Assembly (NCBI GenBank): GCA_024704765.1
Contig: JAKMXF010000295.1
Coordinates: forward strand, 124,001 to 188,000
Length of the DNA: 64,000 bases
Source of the DNA: Oopsacas minuta
Taxonomy: Eukaryota; Animalia; Porifera
Direction: 5' to 3'
Below, piece after piece: positions 13,989 to 26,320 of the stretch. The translations under genes and the position numbers were made by a program. The first letter of the stretch is position 1. Every line of letters starts with the position of its first letter. The notes beneath the pieces were generated by a model that was given only the letters and a program-made list of their open reading frames with translations, made no database searches and was not told the DNA's origin.

Positions 13989-15009
13989 TTATATTTTCTT
14001 GAACCAAAATCCCACAACTGAATGTTCAGTGTCTTCTGTTTCGATGTAGGGTATGTCATTTTCCAAGTTTTCAATTTCAATTTGAAGACCGCAATCAATA
14101 CACAAATTATGAAGTATCATGGAGGATAAGATTAGTTTGCTAACCCTCTCTGGGCTATAGCACAAACTGCCACCAGTCTTGTCCATTGATCTCTATCTGC
14201 TCTTCCATATTCCAAAGGTACATTCAATTGTCTTTCGAGTCTTCAGGAAAGCACGATTATACCTTCTTTCGCGAGGTATAACAGGAGATAGTAGTGGAGT
14301 CATTAAATTTGGGCGCAATGGGTAACCACTATCGCCGAGAAACTACCCGTTAAGAATTGGAATTTCTTTGCTGGCGATTTTAAGAATGATTCCTGATTGC
14401 CTCCATATGAACGCGTCATGTGTGCTGCCTGGCCACTTCACAACTACATCAATAAACTTGAGTACATCGTCACATATCGCTTGGACGTTAATTGAATGAA
14501 ATCTTTTACGATTAACATAAATTGCTCCGTTGGTGCTAGGTGCAATAATTAGGATGTGTGTGCCGTCTATGCAACCTAATACTTTAGGAAACCCGAACTT
14601 TTCAATAAATCCATGCTGCATGCTCATCTGTCTAGCAGCAGTTAGAAACTGTATATAGTCTTTTGCAATTGAGCACAATGCATCTGTTACACCTCTAACA
14701 CAGTTGGACACAGAGGGTGGGAAATTCCATGAGCTGATGCAACCACAGTTTGGAAACTACCCGTAGCTAGAAACTGAAGAGTGACCGCTAATTGAGTTGT
14801 CACCGAAAGTGAATGAGATCGGCATGTAGATCTAGGCATGAAAGTCTCAATTTTATCATATAATTCTAAGAACATTTCTCTTCTGATTCTATAACGAGAA
14901 ATAAATTCTATATCTGTGTATGCATCAAGAGGGTTAACCTGTCACGAAATATTCTCTTGCGTCGTAAACTATCTATTTCCAGCTCCAAAAGAACAAAAAG
15001 CGAGGCCAT
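13989..15009 (-). pseudogene. Harbinger (HARBI1-like) DDE nuclease, frameshifted
   Basis: ATG 15009 (MASLF...RRKRIFRDR), LQFLATGSFQ, FPKVLGCIDGTHI, YVNRKRFHSINVQAICD, WPGSTHDAFIW, IILSSMILHNLCI. Confidence 0.92.
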
Positions 15010-16139
15010 GAGTTTATACAATAGTACACAAATGAGAACTGCAATGAATATCCTTTTCTTGGGTGGGGTAATTTATCTCATTAATGATAAATGAAGTATA
15101 CAAGTAGAAGGATTTTATTTTCTACTATGCGCATATCTTCTCAAAAATCGATTGAAGTCGAATGAATTGGCTTGAATTTTGTTAATCAATTGCAAGAATC
15201 GATCAAGTAGAATTACCCAATTCTAAGAATTTTTCTTAGAATTGGGTAATTCTAATAAATTTTCTTAGAATCCGTTAAGTATAGCCAAGTTAAGAATTCT
15301 TAACGAAAAAGAAGGATATTTCATGAATTCTTAGGATTATTCTAGAATTACACTTAGAATTAAGTTAAGAATAATTCTTAGAATTTTAGTTAATAAGGCT
15401 CATGGGAAATATTTACCCTTATTTGTTGCATGGTTATTTGTTACTTGAATTTCTACAATATTTTCTTTTTAACGTTAGTAATACATTGTATTCACAGAAT
15501 TTGATTCGATTTCCTAGTATCCAATGATTCTTCAGGAATTACGGTATATATATATTACTGCTACACAGTATTAGTTCATTATCGTGACTTCCAATTACTC
15601 TTTCGCAATTCTAACTCATTGTCTGTAATGCTCTGCTAGATTACTATGTTGCAATATTTGAGTTTTTGTAGAAAACTCAGGAGTAGTTAATAGCGTTCAA
15701 ATCTGACGTATCTCAAATATTTCTAATATTAGTTACATTATACATTTCTAGAAGTACCTTAATACTAAATTAGATGGCAATAAGTTAGATTATGACCTCT
15801 AACATTTCATTACATAGGTAAAAATGAGACCGCTCTTTCTTGATTTAAATATAGGGGTGCATGAAATATAGGGAGCAAGTATCCTCAACTGAATACTTAA
15901 ATATCTAGGGAAAGGTCACGCTTTTGCTGAGCGAATAAAGTGGTTTACTTGAGCACAACTTGGGAAATGTATTATTTTTTCTCCAAAGTTTATCCCAAAT
16001 ACGTCTATTAGTCTGTAACATATGTAATAGGTTAAGCCCGCTTGCCGCTAACTATCCATTGTTGAATTTCGTAACCAAACGACTTTATGCATGTTTGATG
16101 TTATCCTCCTCTTCTGACTGACTGATCTATTATAAATAC

Positions 16140-16341
16140 TCACTTGCCAACTGTCCTGATATCAGCAGAACGTCCCGCTTTTGGAGATGTGTTGAGGGCA
16201 AATTAGGCCAAAGTCCCGCAGAGACTTTCCGAAAATCTCAATTGTATGGCATTTTGTAGTTCTGTCAAATCTAAATACTTCCCATGTCCCCCTCAATTAA
16301 TACATTCGTCGAGCTTTTTCTTCACTCAGGTTGGCAAGTAT
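16140..16341. mobile_element. hAT-type MITE (~200 bp)
   Basis: TIR ACTTGCCAAC / GTTGGCAAGT and flanking 8-bp ataaatac/acaaatac duplication (7/8). Confidence 0.65.
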
Positions 16342-19300
16342 ACAAATACGATCAAACCCCTTTTATAGAGCATCTTGAGAACAAAATTCTATGAGTTCAA
16401 TAGTCCTCATTTATAAATATAAATGTCCCATAGATACCGACAATTGCCTTTAATAATTAAAATGCTTAGGATCAATAAATTGTCACCTACAAATCTCATG
16501 TATTTCAATCTAGGCACCTTGGCAAGAACAAAGGTTATAATTTTGACTTCGGTACCCTCGAAGATCTGCCAAAAACCGGAATCCACAATGCTCAACAAGA
16601 AAATTATTTGAAGGATATTTCTTCAATAATTCTTATTCTACTCCAAATTATTTATTCCTTCGCAAAAATACTACTCAACAATTTCAGAGCTTATTATCGA
16701 GTCTGTCTTGAATGTTGATTCCCCTATTTCCCAAAACCTATGTTTATGGATACTTTATGACAAAACGATTTGAATACAATATTTTGTGGCTCCTTCTAAA
16801 TTTTCGTGATATTTTGTGCTAGTAGAATTTGTTACATGAAGCTTTACATTTTCCTATGAGTCTAACTCACTTTCTAACTTTCTCAAATACAACAAAATAT
16901 CCTAAAATAATCTTGTGTCATGATGTCCTTTTCACACTGGGTATTATAGAGATTATCAGATGTTCAAATTTTAGAAAATAACTATGTATATATGCGTGAA
17001 AGATTTGTGTGATTCAAGCTAAAGAAAAATTAGCACCATTTGATTGATAACAGCTGATTATTTAGAATATATATTTTCATAGACAATATGGATTAGAAGT
17101 AATTTGAACCCGCGACCTTGCATTATATATTCTGTGCACCCGTCACAAGGTTTGCTAGTATCAATGAGAATATAGTAATAATGTCAGATATAGGTATATT
17201 TTCGAAATTTTGGTAGTTAGTCCGTTTTTCGAACAAATAATACTTCACTTCAATGAAAATTATTGAACCAAAACATCTGATCAATTCAAGAATTATTGTA
17301 TATGTGAGTATGATTCAAAATAACCCATTAGTATTCCAAAATTTGCACAAATGTCTTCATTAGCAACCTCAATTTTGGAAACATGAAAATGTAAGTATAC
17401 AAGTAATTTGAGATGCAAAATACTGTACTAAAGTAGGATTTTAATATGCAGTCAACCTTGCTTAATATCTAGTGACAATGGTTTGATTAGAGCATTAACT
17501 AACTAGGCTGCAGCATAGGGACCCGAATATTGAATTATAATTTGGGTATATAATAAGCAATTTCATATTTGTATGTTGGCATAATTCCAAACCAATTTAA
17601 CAGTTTCGTTTTCCCCGAAATATCAAAGATTTTCGAAGATAACTAATTATACGTATATCAAATAATATTGATTTGAGCTCATTTATGAGGAGAATGCCAT
17701 AAATTGCTGTTTCTTCCCAGAATTGAGCATTTTCCCTTCGCGCAGGTATCAAATCCTTGGATAGGTCATAGGCGATCCTCAATTACAGCATCTAGATCCA
17801 AATCCCTATCCTGGCTCAAATATGATTGGTGTTCCTAAACTTCTGAAAGGATCTCTGATGCGATCACGATCCACTTTACGATCCTCTAATGATCCAATTT
17901 ATGATGGATTTTTTCAAATATAGTTGAATATTTTGAACACTGGACGTTTTGACTATAAGTTATTGTATGATTATCTATTTATTCATTCATCCATGTGCGG
18001 TACATGAATTCTAAAAGTGCTACCATGTATTACTGTATATTTGTGGATCCTATGTAGCATTGAACAACCATTTTATAAGTAAATATTGTCAGTTTATAGT
18101 AGTAACAACTTTGATTCTGTATACTGTGGAAACGGTATTTCCTAACAGATATTTACAGGGAAATGTAGTAATTAAATACGATCGGAACTTACTATTACAA
18201 TGGATTAACGATCCTCTTCCTATCCTCAAACGGAATCTAGATCCGGATAGTACGATGTTTGATCGAAAGGTTCTAATTCCCTATCCTTTGATAATAATCT
18301 AGGCTTCATGGTATGTTAGCAAGTATGAGTCATCATCTTCGTCTACTCAAGGTACATTTTCTAATGCGCCTATATTCACAATATTGTCCTAGAAATTAAT
18401 TGACAAAATCTGATGTATTTATTCAAAATTAAATTTATCAATGAGCCACTTTCTGTTACAAATATCAACAATACTTTCTGATATAATTGTAATACAATAA
18501 AAAGATTATATTTGCAAAGGTTTTAGGTAAATTTGAGGTAGAGGACAATTTCATTATATTCTTCTTTGGAAAAAGTATAGCTGAAACTTCCTTTCTGCAT
18601 TTTCTATTAAGCGATACGGCATGGATAATATGTGATATTATGACAGCAAAAAGATGCTAAAATTGTTGCTTTTTGTGCTGTAATATTTTTGGGCCGAATT
18701 ACTCCCTGGAAACTAGAAATTCTCCAAGGATTTCTCTTGTTTAACGCTCCCGTATAGTGCCAATACATTAGAGGGCTATCACAAAAATTCAATTTATATA
18801 AAATCAACATTTTCGTTCTAACAGGGGTGTCTAGCTATAGATTGTAAGTTTTCTAAGTTACTGCGTTTTCAATATTATTGTCTGCTGTATATTTAAAATA
18901 TTATTTTACGATTACCATAGACTGATTATCATACAATAAATATCGATATTTCCCCTTATATATCCTATGTATGATTTCTTAATTTCTAACCCTTCGTTTT
19001 TATTACCTAATACATTTACGAAAGGATTTGCCTACAAAACTCAGACCTCAATTATGGGGGGTTTTTTGGCGATTTGGAAGAACATTACCATTATATCAAA
19101 ATATTTGATAATTCAAAATTCAGCACGGTAAAACTATCATCAAATATGAGTTACTATATGCATAATCTGTGACATTCTATCTCAATAGAGTACTGAGCAA
19201 TTAGATATTATATAATTGGGTAAAAGTATTTTTACACAAACTATACTAATGAATTTTTCTAGCCAATTCCTGCCCCTGCAGCAAGAAAATTGGTATCCAT

Positions 19301-20846
19301 TTTGCGTATCAATTCGAGATTTTTTTGTATATCAAAGCTTAGTTTCATCCAAAAATATGATTTTGCCACAAACTGTTGGAATTGGTTTGCTATTACTAGT
19401 TTAAGAATTTGTTGTATTTACTTAAACAAGAAAAAATGAAAATGAATAGACATTTCGTTGTCTGACACTATCAGTAATGAAACATTTCCCACTAAATATT
19501 TAAGGTGTGTATCATTTTCTGACTATATATTTACTTTCGTATAGCTCTCATGATTTCATAAATATATTCCCACTGAACTTAACATTATGTTGTGTATTCA
19601 ACTTCATAGCATTCCGATATGTAAATCAACTAATTTATGAGAATGCAAGTACGTTGCCAGTTAATTATTATCAGTTTATATATCTGAATGATATATTTCT
19701 GTATTAGTGTGACAGTGGATATATCTGCTCGAGAGATATTTGTACCTTAGCCAAGGCTTTTTAGAGCAGAATTTTGTAGCTCACAATGTGTATAGTGTTT
19801 GTCATGTAAGTAATTTCAATCCAAAAATTTGGGTTAAAAATATCCATGATCCTGAAACACAATTTGAATTATTTCAATATGTGTAATATATTACTTCTGT
19901 CTATGAAAAAATAGTACCAAATTTCGCGATATCTCAAATTATACAAAGTACAAATTTATTTTAATTTTCCAAAGGTGGAATTGTGTCAATAATTGACTGT
20001 GTTGCATTACAATGACTCATGTTGAACATGTACCCTATTGTGTTTTTCTATATGATCTGAAGGATGGAAATAACGAATATATTCCTAATATGCTGTTCTC
20101 TCATCGAACATTTAGATAATGCATCAAGAAGGTAATATATATTACGTCAAAAGCTTATTAAAGTGTTTGTTGAGATATTTTTTATCACTTTCAACAAAGG
20201 ACGCAGGATGTTCTAAATTGTGTAAAAACCTGCTTTTTCTTGCTGCCCTGTGTAATATGTCAAAGATTGATTTATTTGCGAATAAGATTTAAGAGATCAA
20301 AGTCCATAAAATATATTGGATGCTAAATATTGGAACTATAAGTAGTCTACCATTTGATTATTACAATTTTGCTGTTTAAAGGATGGTATACCTCCAATAT
20401 TGATAGGTTATATGAATGTGGTGTTATGTAATCATGTGACTCTCAAAAATCGAAATCCCAGGAAGATGCAGTTCTTTTACCGTACTCAACATTGTTATAT
20501 ATATAAAGATATACAATGATATTTTGACATTCCAATTTATTATTGCTCTGAAATTGAATAAATTTCTCTATGTATATCGGTATCACCCTGATAATTCTTT
20601 ATGATACTGTTAAGTGTCTTCTCATGTATTGTTGATCCATTGGTAGAATCTAATTATATTTAGTTATTTATCGTGTGGGGATGTAAATTTAGCTACTCAT
20701 AGATATTATTCATTCAATACAGGAGTTATTGTGATCTAGTTATTCCAATTTACGTTGTACAAATGCATCTTTCCAATCTAATAATTAATTCTATAATCAT
20801 TTTTTGTTCTAAATGATCAAATTCTATTTACAGCCATTGCCTCTAC

Positions 20847-20960
20847 CAGAGGTCTTCAACCTTTTCCTTGTGAGAGCTGAATGTAAGTTGTATATCCAAT
20901 TAGCGAGCCGCATTAATAATTTAGGATCTAGTATTCTATACTTAATATCGCACTGTAGTC
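20847..20960 (-). mobile_element. Terminal fragment of a SPIN-like hAT family related to the element at 34385-36671
   Basis: Minus strand reads TTAATGCGGCTCGC...AAAAGGTTGAAGACCTCTG, matching the 3' end at 36600-36671. Confidence 0.6.
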
Positions 20961-22159
20961 TGGTGAATATTTTATTATCTTATATTTTCACCAGTATCGA
21001 TCCTTTTGATTTATGCAAGATTGCATCCAGAGACATGCTCCAAGAACTCATCAGGCCATTTACTACGAAATCAATATAGCAGTATTCAACATCACATACT
21101 GCCTACACAATAATACTATTGTGCCCTTTTCGGTTGACATAATTGCCAATATGTAAATGGTACAAGTATTCGTATTTGCGAGCTATTAACACGTCCTATT
21201 ACTGTGGTAAATCTAATTTTCTTCGGAAATCGATGCTGCATCCTCTTTTGCCCATCCACATTCGGAAGAGATATTAATTTCTTTGCTCAAGCTAGCAAAG
21301 CATCCATGATTGTTGCTATTCATCACGATACAGGACAAATGTAAAACCATAGAAGAATCAAGTAGTGTTTGAAATTCGCTGTAGCTAAACTTTGTTATTT
21401 AACCCCTAGTTTCCATGGGTATCAGTATAAAGTGTTATCTATTCCTGTCTCAAATTGTAGCCACTTCCAATCTATCAAAACTCGCGAACATATTCCCGGG
21501 GTTACTGTAGCGACCTATTTAGCATGAAAACTGTATTATAAGACTCAATAGGATTGAAAAGATCGGGAAAAAATTTTATGACGCAACATACTACTTTTAA
21601 TTGAGTTAAGGGAATTCCTTAATATGCATTGATGTATGTATTGTGAAGAGTTAGTTAATAATATCAGTGAAGTGAGATGTAAATATTGTTAAATTATGAA
21701 GCTTCATCTGTTTTTATATATTATCAAGAAAAGTATGTAGTTGTTTATGAATACTTCCATAAATATCTTCTCAATTGTAGAATGTATCTAGAAAATTCCC
21801 AGAATTGTGCCAACCTAAGAATTATCCTTAGACTTGTCTAATTATTCGAAAGTTTAATAGGAATGTTCTTAAAAATGTTAGTGAAAACTGCTCCCTTTAT
21901 CTAACATTCTTAAGGCTGTCTGGTTCTTAACTATCGTTCCGAATCAAAGACAAAATAGTATTTTTAGCCAAAATGGACTGAAAAGAAACCCCCAAAAGGA
22001 AAATATGCCAATTTATTCTTTGGTGCAGAAAGTATTTTCGTTAATCCATATAGTTCATGCTGTGCAGAGACAACAAATATCTATAAGTAAAGTACAATAT
22101 CTATACAATTATAATCATATTTATTAATTTAGGCAATGCAAATTGCACTCAAAATGGGG

Positions 22160-25051
22160 CACAGTGTAGCAAAAAGGCGAAAATGAGGGATTAGCCAAAT
22201 TGTGACTTCAAATCGATAATATTTGTATTATACATATATATGAAATCGACCTCGTACATTTCACTGGACAAGTCAAATTTTTGATTATCTCACTCAAAAT
22301 ATGTGAGGATGACGTCATCACTAAAATCACTATTTCAAAATTTTAATAGATTATCAGGGATTCATAAAGTATGCTATCTTCGTTTGATTTAACCTTTCTA
22401 ATACTTTTGTGACGATTTAAAACCAATACAGGGTCACTGAAGCACAAAAGTCTGACTAAAATATCACGAAAGTTTTCAGAAAAGGATGTTTTTCTTACTA
22501 AATTTTCTCTATACCTTCTGACATACTTATTGCAAGCCTCTGAACATTCTTCAGAAAGGTTTTGTAGTCCATAACCATGATTATAGCAATAAATTATTTG
22601 AAAACAATGAGCAAGCAGTTTATGAAGAGAGGGAGTGATGCTTACCCAAGGAAAGTGATTCAAAACAATTTCATACGTTTCCTTGCAAAGATTTTCAAGA
22701 CCATGACAATTAATGTGGTCTTTGCTGTTAACTATCCTCAAAATCACCGAGAGGTTGTTTTGAATCATTTTAAGGGTTGGTTTATCAACTGGGTTAATAG
22801 TGGAGGTAGCGCATCTGAAGAAACCTCTTTTATCTCGGAAACAGTCTCGTGCAACATTACCAGTTGTTGAAGTCCCCCCTTGACTAGAGGGAATATCGAT
22901 TTTGATACTACATTTGGCTTCTATAATTGATCTTATTCGTTTCAAAGAATCCTGTACTTTTGTGCATGTAGGTGATCACTTTTTACAACCTGCGTCTAAG
23001 TGATATATGAGTAACATATACCACCTAAAGGCACAGAGATACGCATACAATGGAGAAGCTGCTAAGATGTTTATTTCGGAAGTAGGGTGGTGGGTAATGC
23101 CACAGAGTTTTTGGGAAGGTAGGGCAAATATTTCGTCCTCATTAATATCGTCAAATACTTGATTAGCATCAGTAATGTATCTATTAATTGGAAAACCTGA
23201 TCTGGCCCACTCTAAACTATTGATTTCCTTTCCTGTGGCCGTGTAAAGATGACATGATGCACCACCCGCTCCATCTAATAGACCTGCCATTTTGGTATCA
23301 AATATAGATTGAATAATTTCTACTTTTATGTGACGATTTTCAACTGCAATTCCTTGTTCTACAATTAATTTAGTTGCGGGATTTATGAGTGTACCCATAA
23401 TAAATTTAACGTTTTCGTGATTTTCCTTCAACGCAATTAAGCAGACTGCTCGAATGAAAAAGGTGAATTGGGGGAAGTATTGACGTATGATGAGAAACCT
23501 GTGTTATCTGTTATACGAATATCTGTTATAGATACTGTGTGTATCTAAACCTGGATTTGAGTTCACTTGCTTGTAAGAATTGTGTGAGCCTGATCCATCT
23601 AGACCGTCTGCAATTCGAATTGACAAGGATATTGTGAGTTGTTTACAATGGAATCGAAGCTTTTATTGATGTCGTTGAATTGTTAGTTCGAGTATTTCGA
23701 AATAAGGAACTGATACACCAATAGAGTTACCTTCAGGGTTAGTGACAAATAAAACGCTTCGTGAAAGGGAAATTTCTTGACGGTATTGCGATATTACTTT
23801 ATAGGATGGGAATACGATATCTTGTTTCAGTAATTTCTTCAACTGTGTGTATTTGAATGTTCCAATTTCGAGAAGATCTATTATATAACTTGACATAGGT
23901 ATCGAAACTTTCTTTACATTTCCGTACGTGCTTGTTGCGATTATTTCTTTGCATATACTGGAAGTTTCTCGATCATATTCCTGGTTAGAAATTAATTATA
24001 GAGCTCAAGCTGCAACTTTCTTCTCATCAACCTGCTCCCTTTGGGCAAGGAACTGAATATGCTTTAGCAAAAACGTTCAAACAGTTTCGAGCAGCTTTCA
24101 TTGTGAGTTTGAATAATGGTTTTCTGATCTCTGTTAGATTCTCTTCAATAAATGAGTGCTGCTCAGGGATAGAATCGACTGTGTCAATCGACATTTGTGA
24201 TCCAGAGTTACAAGTAGTGACTGAATAAAACTCCATACCCTCCCAAACGTTTAAGTTGTAAATCTTCTGGCAATGATCTCTGGATTTTCGAAGATTTCTT
24301 AATTTCCAACGAATAGTTTCAAACAGATCATCTGTCAAGGAATGAACTTCAATTATCTGACGAGCTGCACCAGAACAATTCCAACCATGTGATTTATAAT
24401 TATCGTATGCTTCTTTTTGTGAAATAAATGTTTTATCTATTGAACTGGTGGAAGGAAGTAATGTCTTGTAAGTATCAATAATGGGATAAATAACACAAGT
24501 TTGAAATTGAGCCGATCCCAGGGAAATTTGGATTGAAATTCGAAATGGGTGGGGAATGGGGCGCTAAAAATTGTATAAAATTTAGGGTAGTACAGTACTT
24601 TAACATTGTTAAAAATATAGAGGCCCCATATTGTACCCATTTAAAAATCTACCTCTAAGTATGTCGAAATACATCCCGAAATTTAGTCATTTTTCGGGGT
24701 TTCGAAAAAGAGTTCACTCAAAAATTTCTATTAAGTTTGGGGGATATTAATGTTCAAAGTTATGATAGTGACTACTTATAAATGAATCACGAATTGAATT
24801 ACTTGCAAGTAGGTATTTGATTGCATCTACTGTTAGAATTTATGATAACGTAATTATAGTTCGGAAAATGTTCTAAACCTTATAAAATTACGTCATTAGA
24901 CAATGAGAATTTAAATTCACAAATAGAAGCTGAACCACAGTAAACACAATATAGTTGTATTCTCGACAGACTATTGAACAATATTAGAACAATTATAGAT
25001 ATTTATGAGACCACAAAAATATTGGCTAATTCTAGATGATGCCACACTGTG
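22160..25051 (-). mobile_element. Transib (RAG1-like) transposon, both ends intact
   Basis: CACAGTG at 22160-22166 and CACTGTG at 25045-25051. Perfect 5-bp TSD TGGGG (22155-22159 / 25052-25056). First 12 nt of the two ends are 11/12 identical. Confidence 0.93.
22343..24440 (-). pseudogene. Transib/RAG1-core-like transposase, several frameshifts and stops
   Basis: ADGLDGSGSHNSYKQ (~23560-23620), PNSPFS/RAVCLIALKENHENV, IFDTKMAGLLDGAGGASCHL, GGTSTTGNVARDCF, ITPSLHKLLAH, LSEECSEACNKYVRRYR, LLCFSDP. The 5' limit is approximate. Confidence 0.9.
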
Positions 25052-25399
25052 TGGGGAATCTTTCATTCCTTGACAGTGGCAAAATATTCCAAAAGCAAAT
25101 GTTAAAAATCTATACTATTCAATGATCAACCTACCCAAAAATTCTTAGTGGAAAAAATCCCTATTGCCAAATTCTCAATAAATTTATTATTTGAAATTGT
25201 ATTACGGAAATAAATGCAATTGTAATGAGTACAGAATCTCGGGGTGTCTTAAGTACTCAACTGCAAAGAATTCTGATTTATAAAGTACAATTTTTCTAGC
25301 TGTACGCCCATGTTTCGCGTAATCATATCAATTCTTAATAATCAAATATTTCGGCACGTTCGTTGAACACGTTTCCATTCAACTTAATGGGTCACGGAG

Positions 25400-26320
25400 G
25401 TTTGTAGTTGTGCACAACTCCTGGTAAACGCACAGTACATCGATGATGGGGACTTCAAATATAGAATGGGACATTACGATCTAGACTTGTTCTTGATAAT
25501 ATTTTCACCATGGTCAATTTTATCAAGTCCAGTGTTCTGAATACACGTGTGTTCCGCCCATTGTGCCACGGATTAGATATTGGCCATGAGAATTTGCTAT
25601 TCTATACTGAAGTTTGTTGGCTTCACAAGGGAACATGCTCTCTCGAGTATATCCATCCAAAAACCAATTGTTTGGACGCGATGGGAAAGAGAAGTCAAAT
25701 TATTTTTCGGTAAACTCTCAAACATAGAATTGCAGAATATCTGGCCTACTTAGATGATTTTTTCATCCACATCAACTTGTTCAACAAGTCCCTCCAAGGA
25801 AGGTTCAATCCCGTGATTGATTTGTGGACATGATTCGGGTATTTATTATGAAGTTAGATTTCTGGCAAGCTGAAGTAAGCGTGGGAAAGTTCGATATTTT
25901 TGCAAATCTCGTATCTGCTGTTGGAGACAGATTAGAGTATATGTGCTCTAGTAAAGTGAAATCTCTCCACATTGTGTGATGAATTTTAACTTGTTTCCAG
26001 ATCTAAGTGATATTGACATGAAAAGGATTCGAAATTCATTTATATTGATGTAACTTTTATCTAGAAAGTGTCCAAGAGAATTTGTTGAATCAATAAATGA
26101 TTATCATGCCTGAGTTAAATTTGAAAGACTTGCACTCACAAAGTTCAGGTGTGAAATGAGCGTGATGTATCCCAAAGTGGTAAATATAGCAGTAAAACCT
26201 TTGTGATGTTTCAGTATACTAACCTTTGTGAGCAAGGATTTTCAGAACTCTTGCAAATTAACACAAATATTGAGCTCGGATGTTTGTGAAAGTTGATCTC
26301 CGTCTGGCCCTGTCATAAAC
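25400..26320 (+). pseudogene. hAT (ZBED5/FAM200/Buster-like) transposase fragment
   Basis: MVNFIKSSVLNTRVF...LLFYTEVCWL (25510-25713), LAYLDDFF, SLQG and LCEQGFS (~26225). No ends found. Confidence 0.8.

Larger units (their letters stand above)
12543..15400. mobile_element. PIF/Harbinger transposon with two convergent genes
   Basis: Imperfect TIR CCTTATT(G/A)ACTAAAATTCT at both ends, with many TTCTAAGAA/TTCTTAGAA subterminal repeats. Contains a Myb/SANT ORF (+) and a HARBI1-type nuclease (-). TSD not resolved. Confidence 0.85.

Noticed and set aside
17095-17125. tRNA gene (B-box-like GGTTCAAAT on the minus strand)
   Set aside because: No A box, acceptor stem or cloverleaf. At most a SINE relic.
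20813-21079. Protein-like frames on either strand
   Set aside because: Overlaps a recognisable hAT terminal fragment (20847-20960), so likely spurious.
22167-22177. True RSS nonamer (GCAAAAAGG resembles ACAAAAACC)
   Set aside because: Only 2 nt from the heptamer and absent from the other end. The shared motif is ATTAGCCAA.
22577-22870. Antisense ORFs in the track (also 41709-42050, 61496-61870, 9474-9656, 58810-59082 and others)
   Set aside because: Shadows of transposase coding sequence with no independent motifs.
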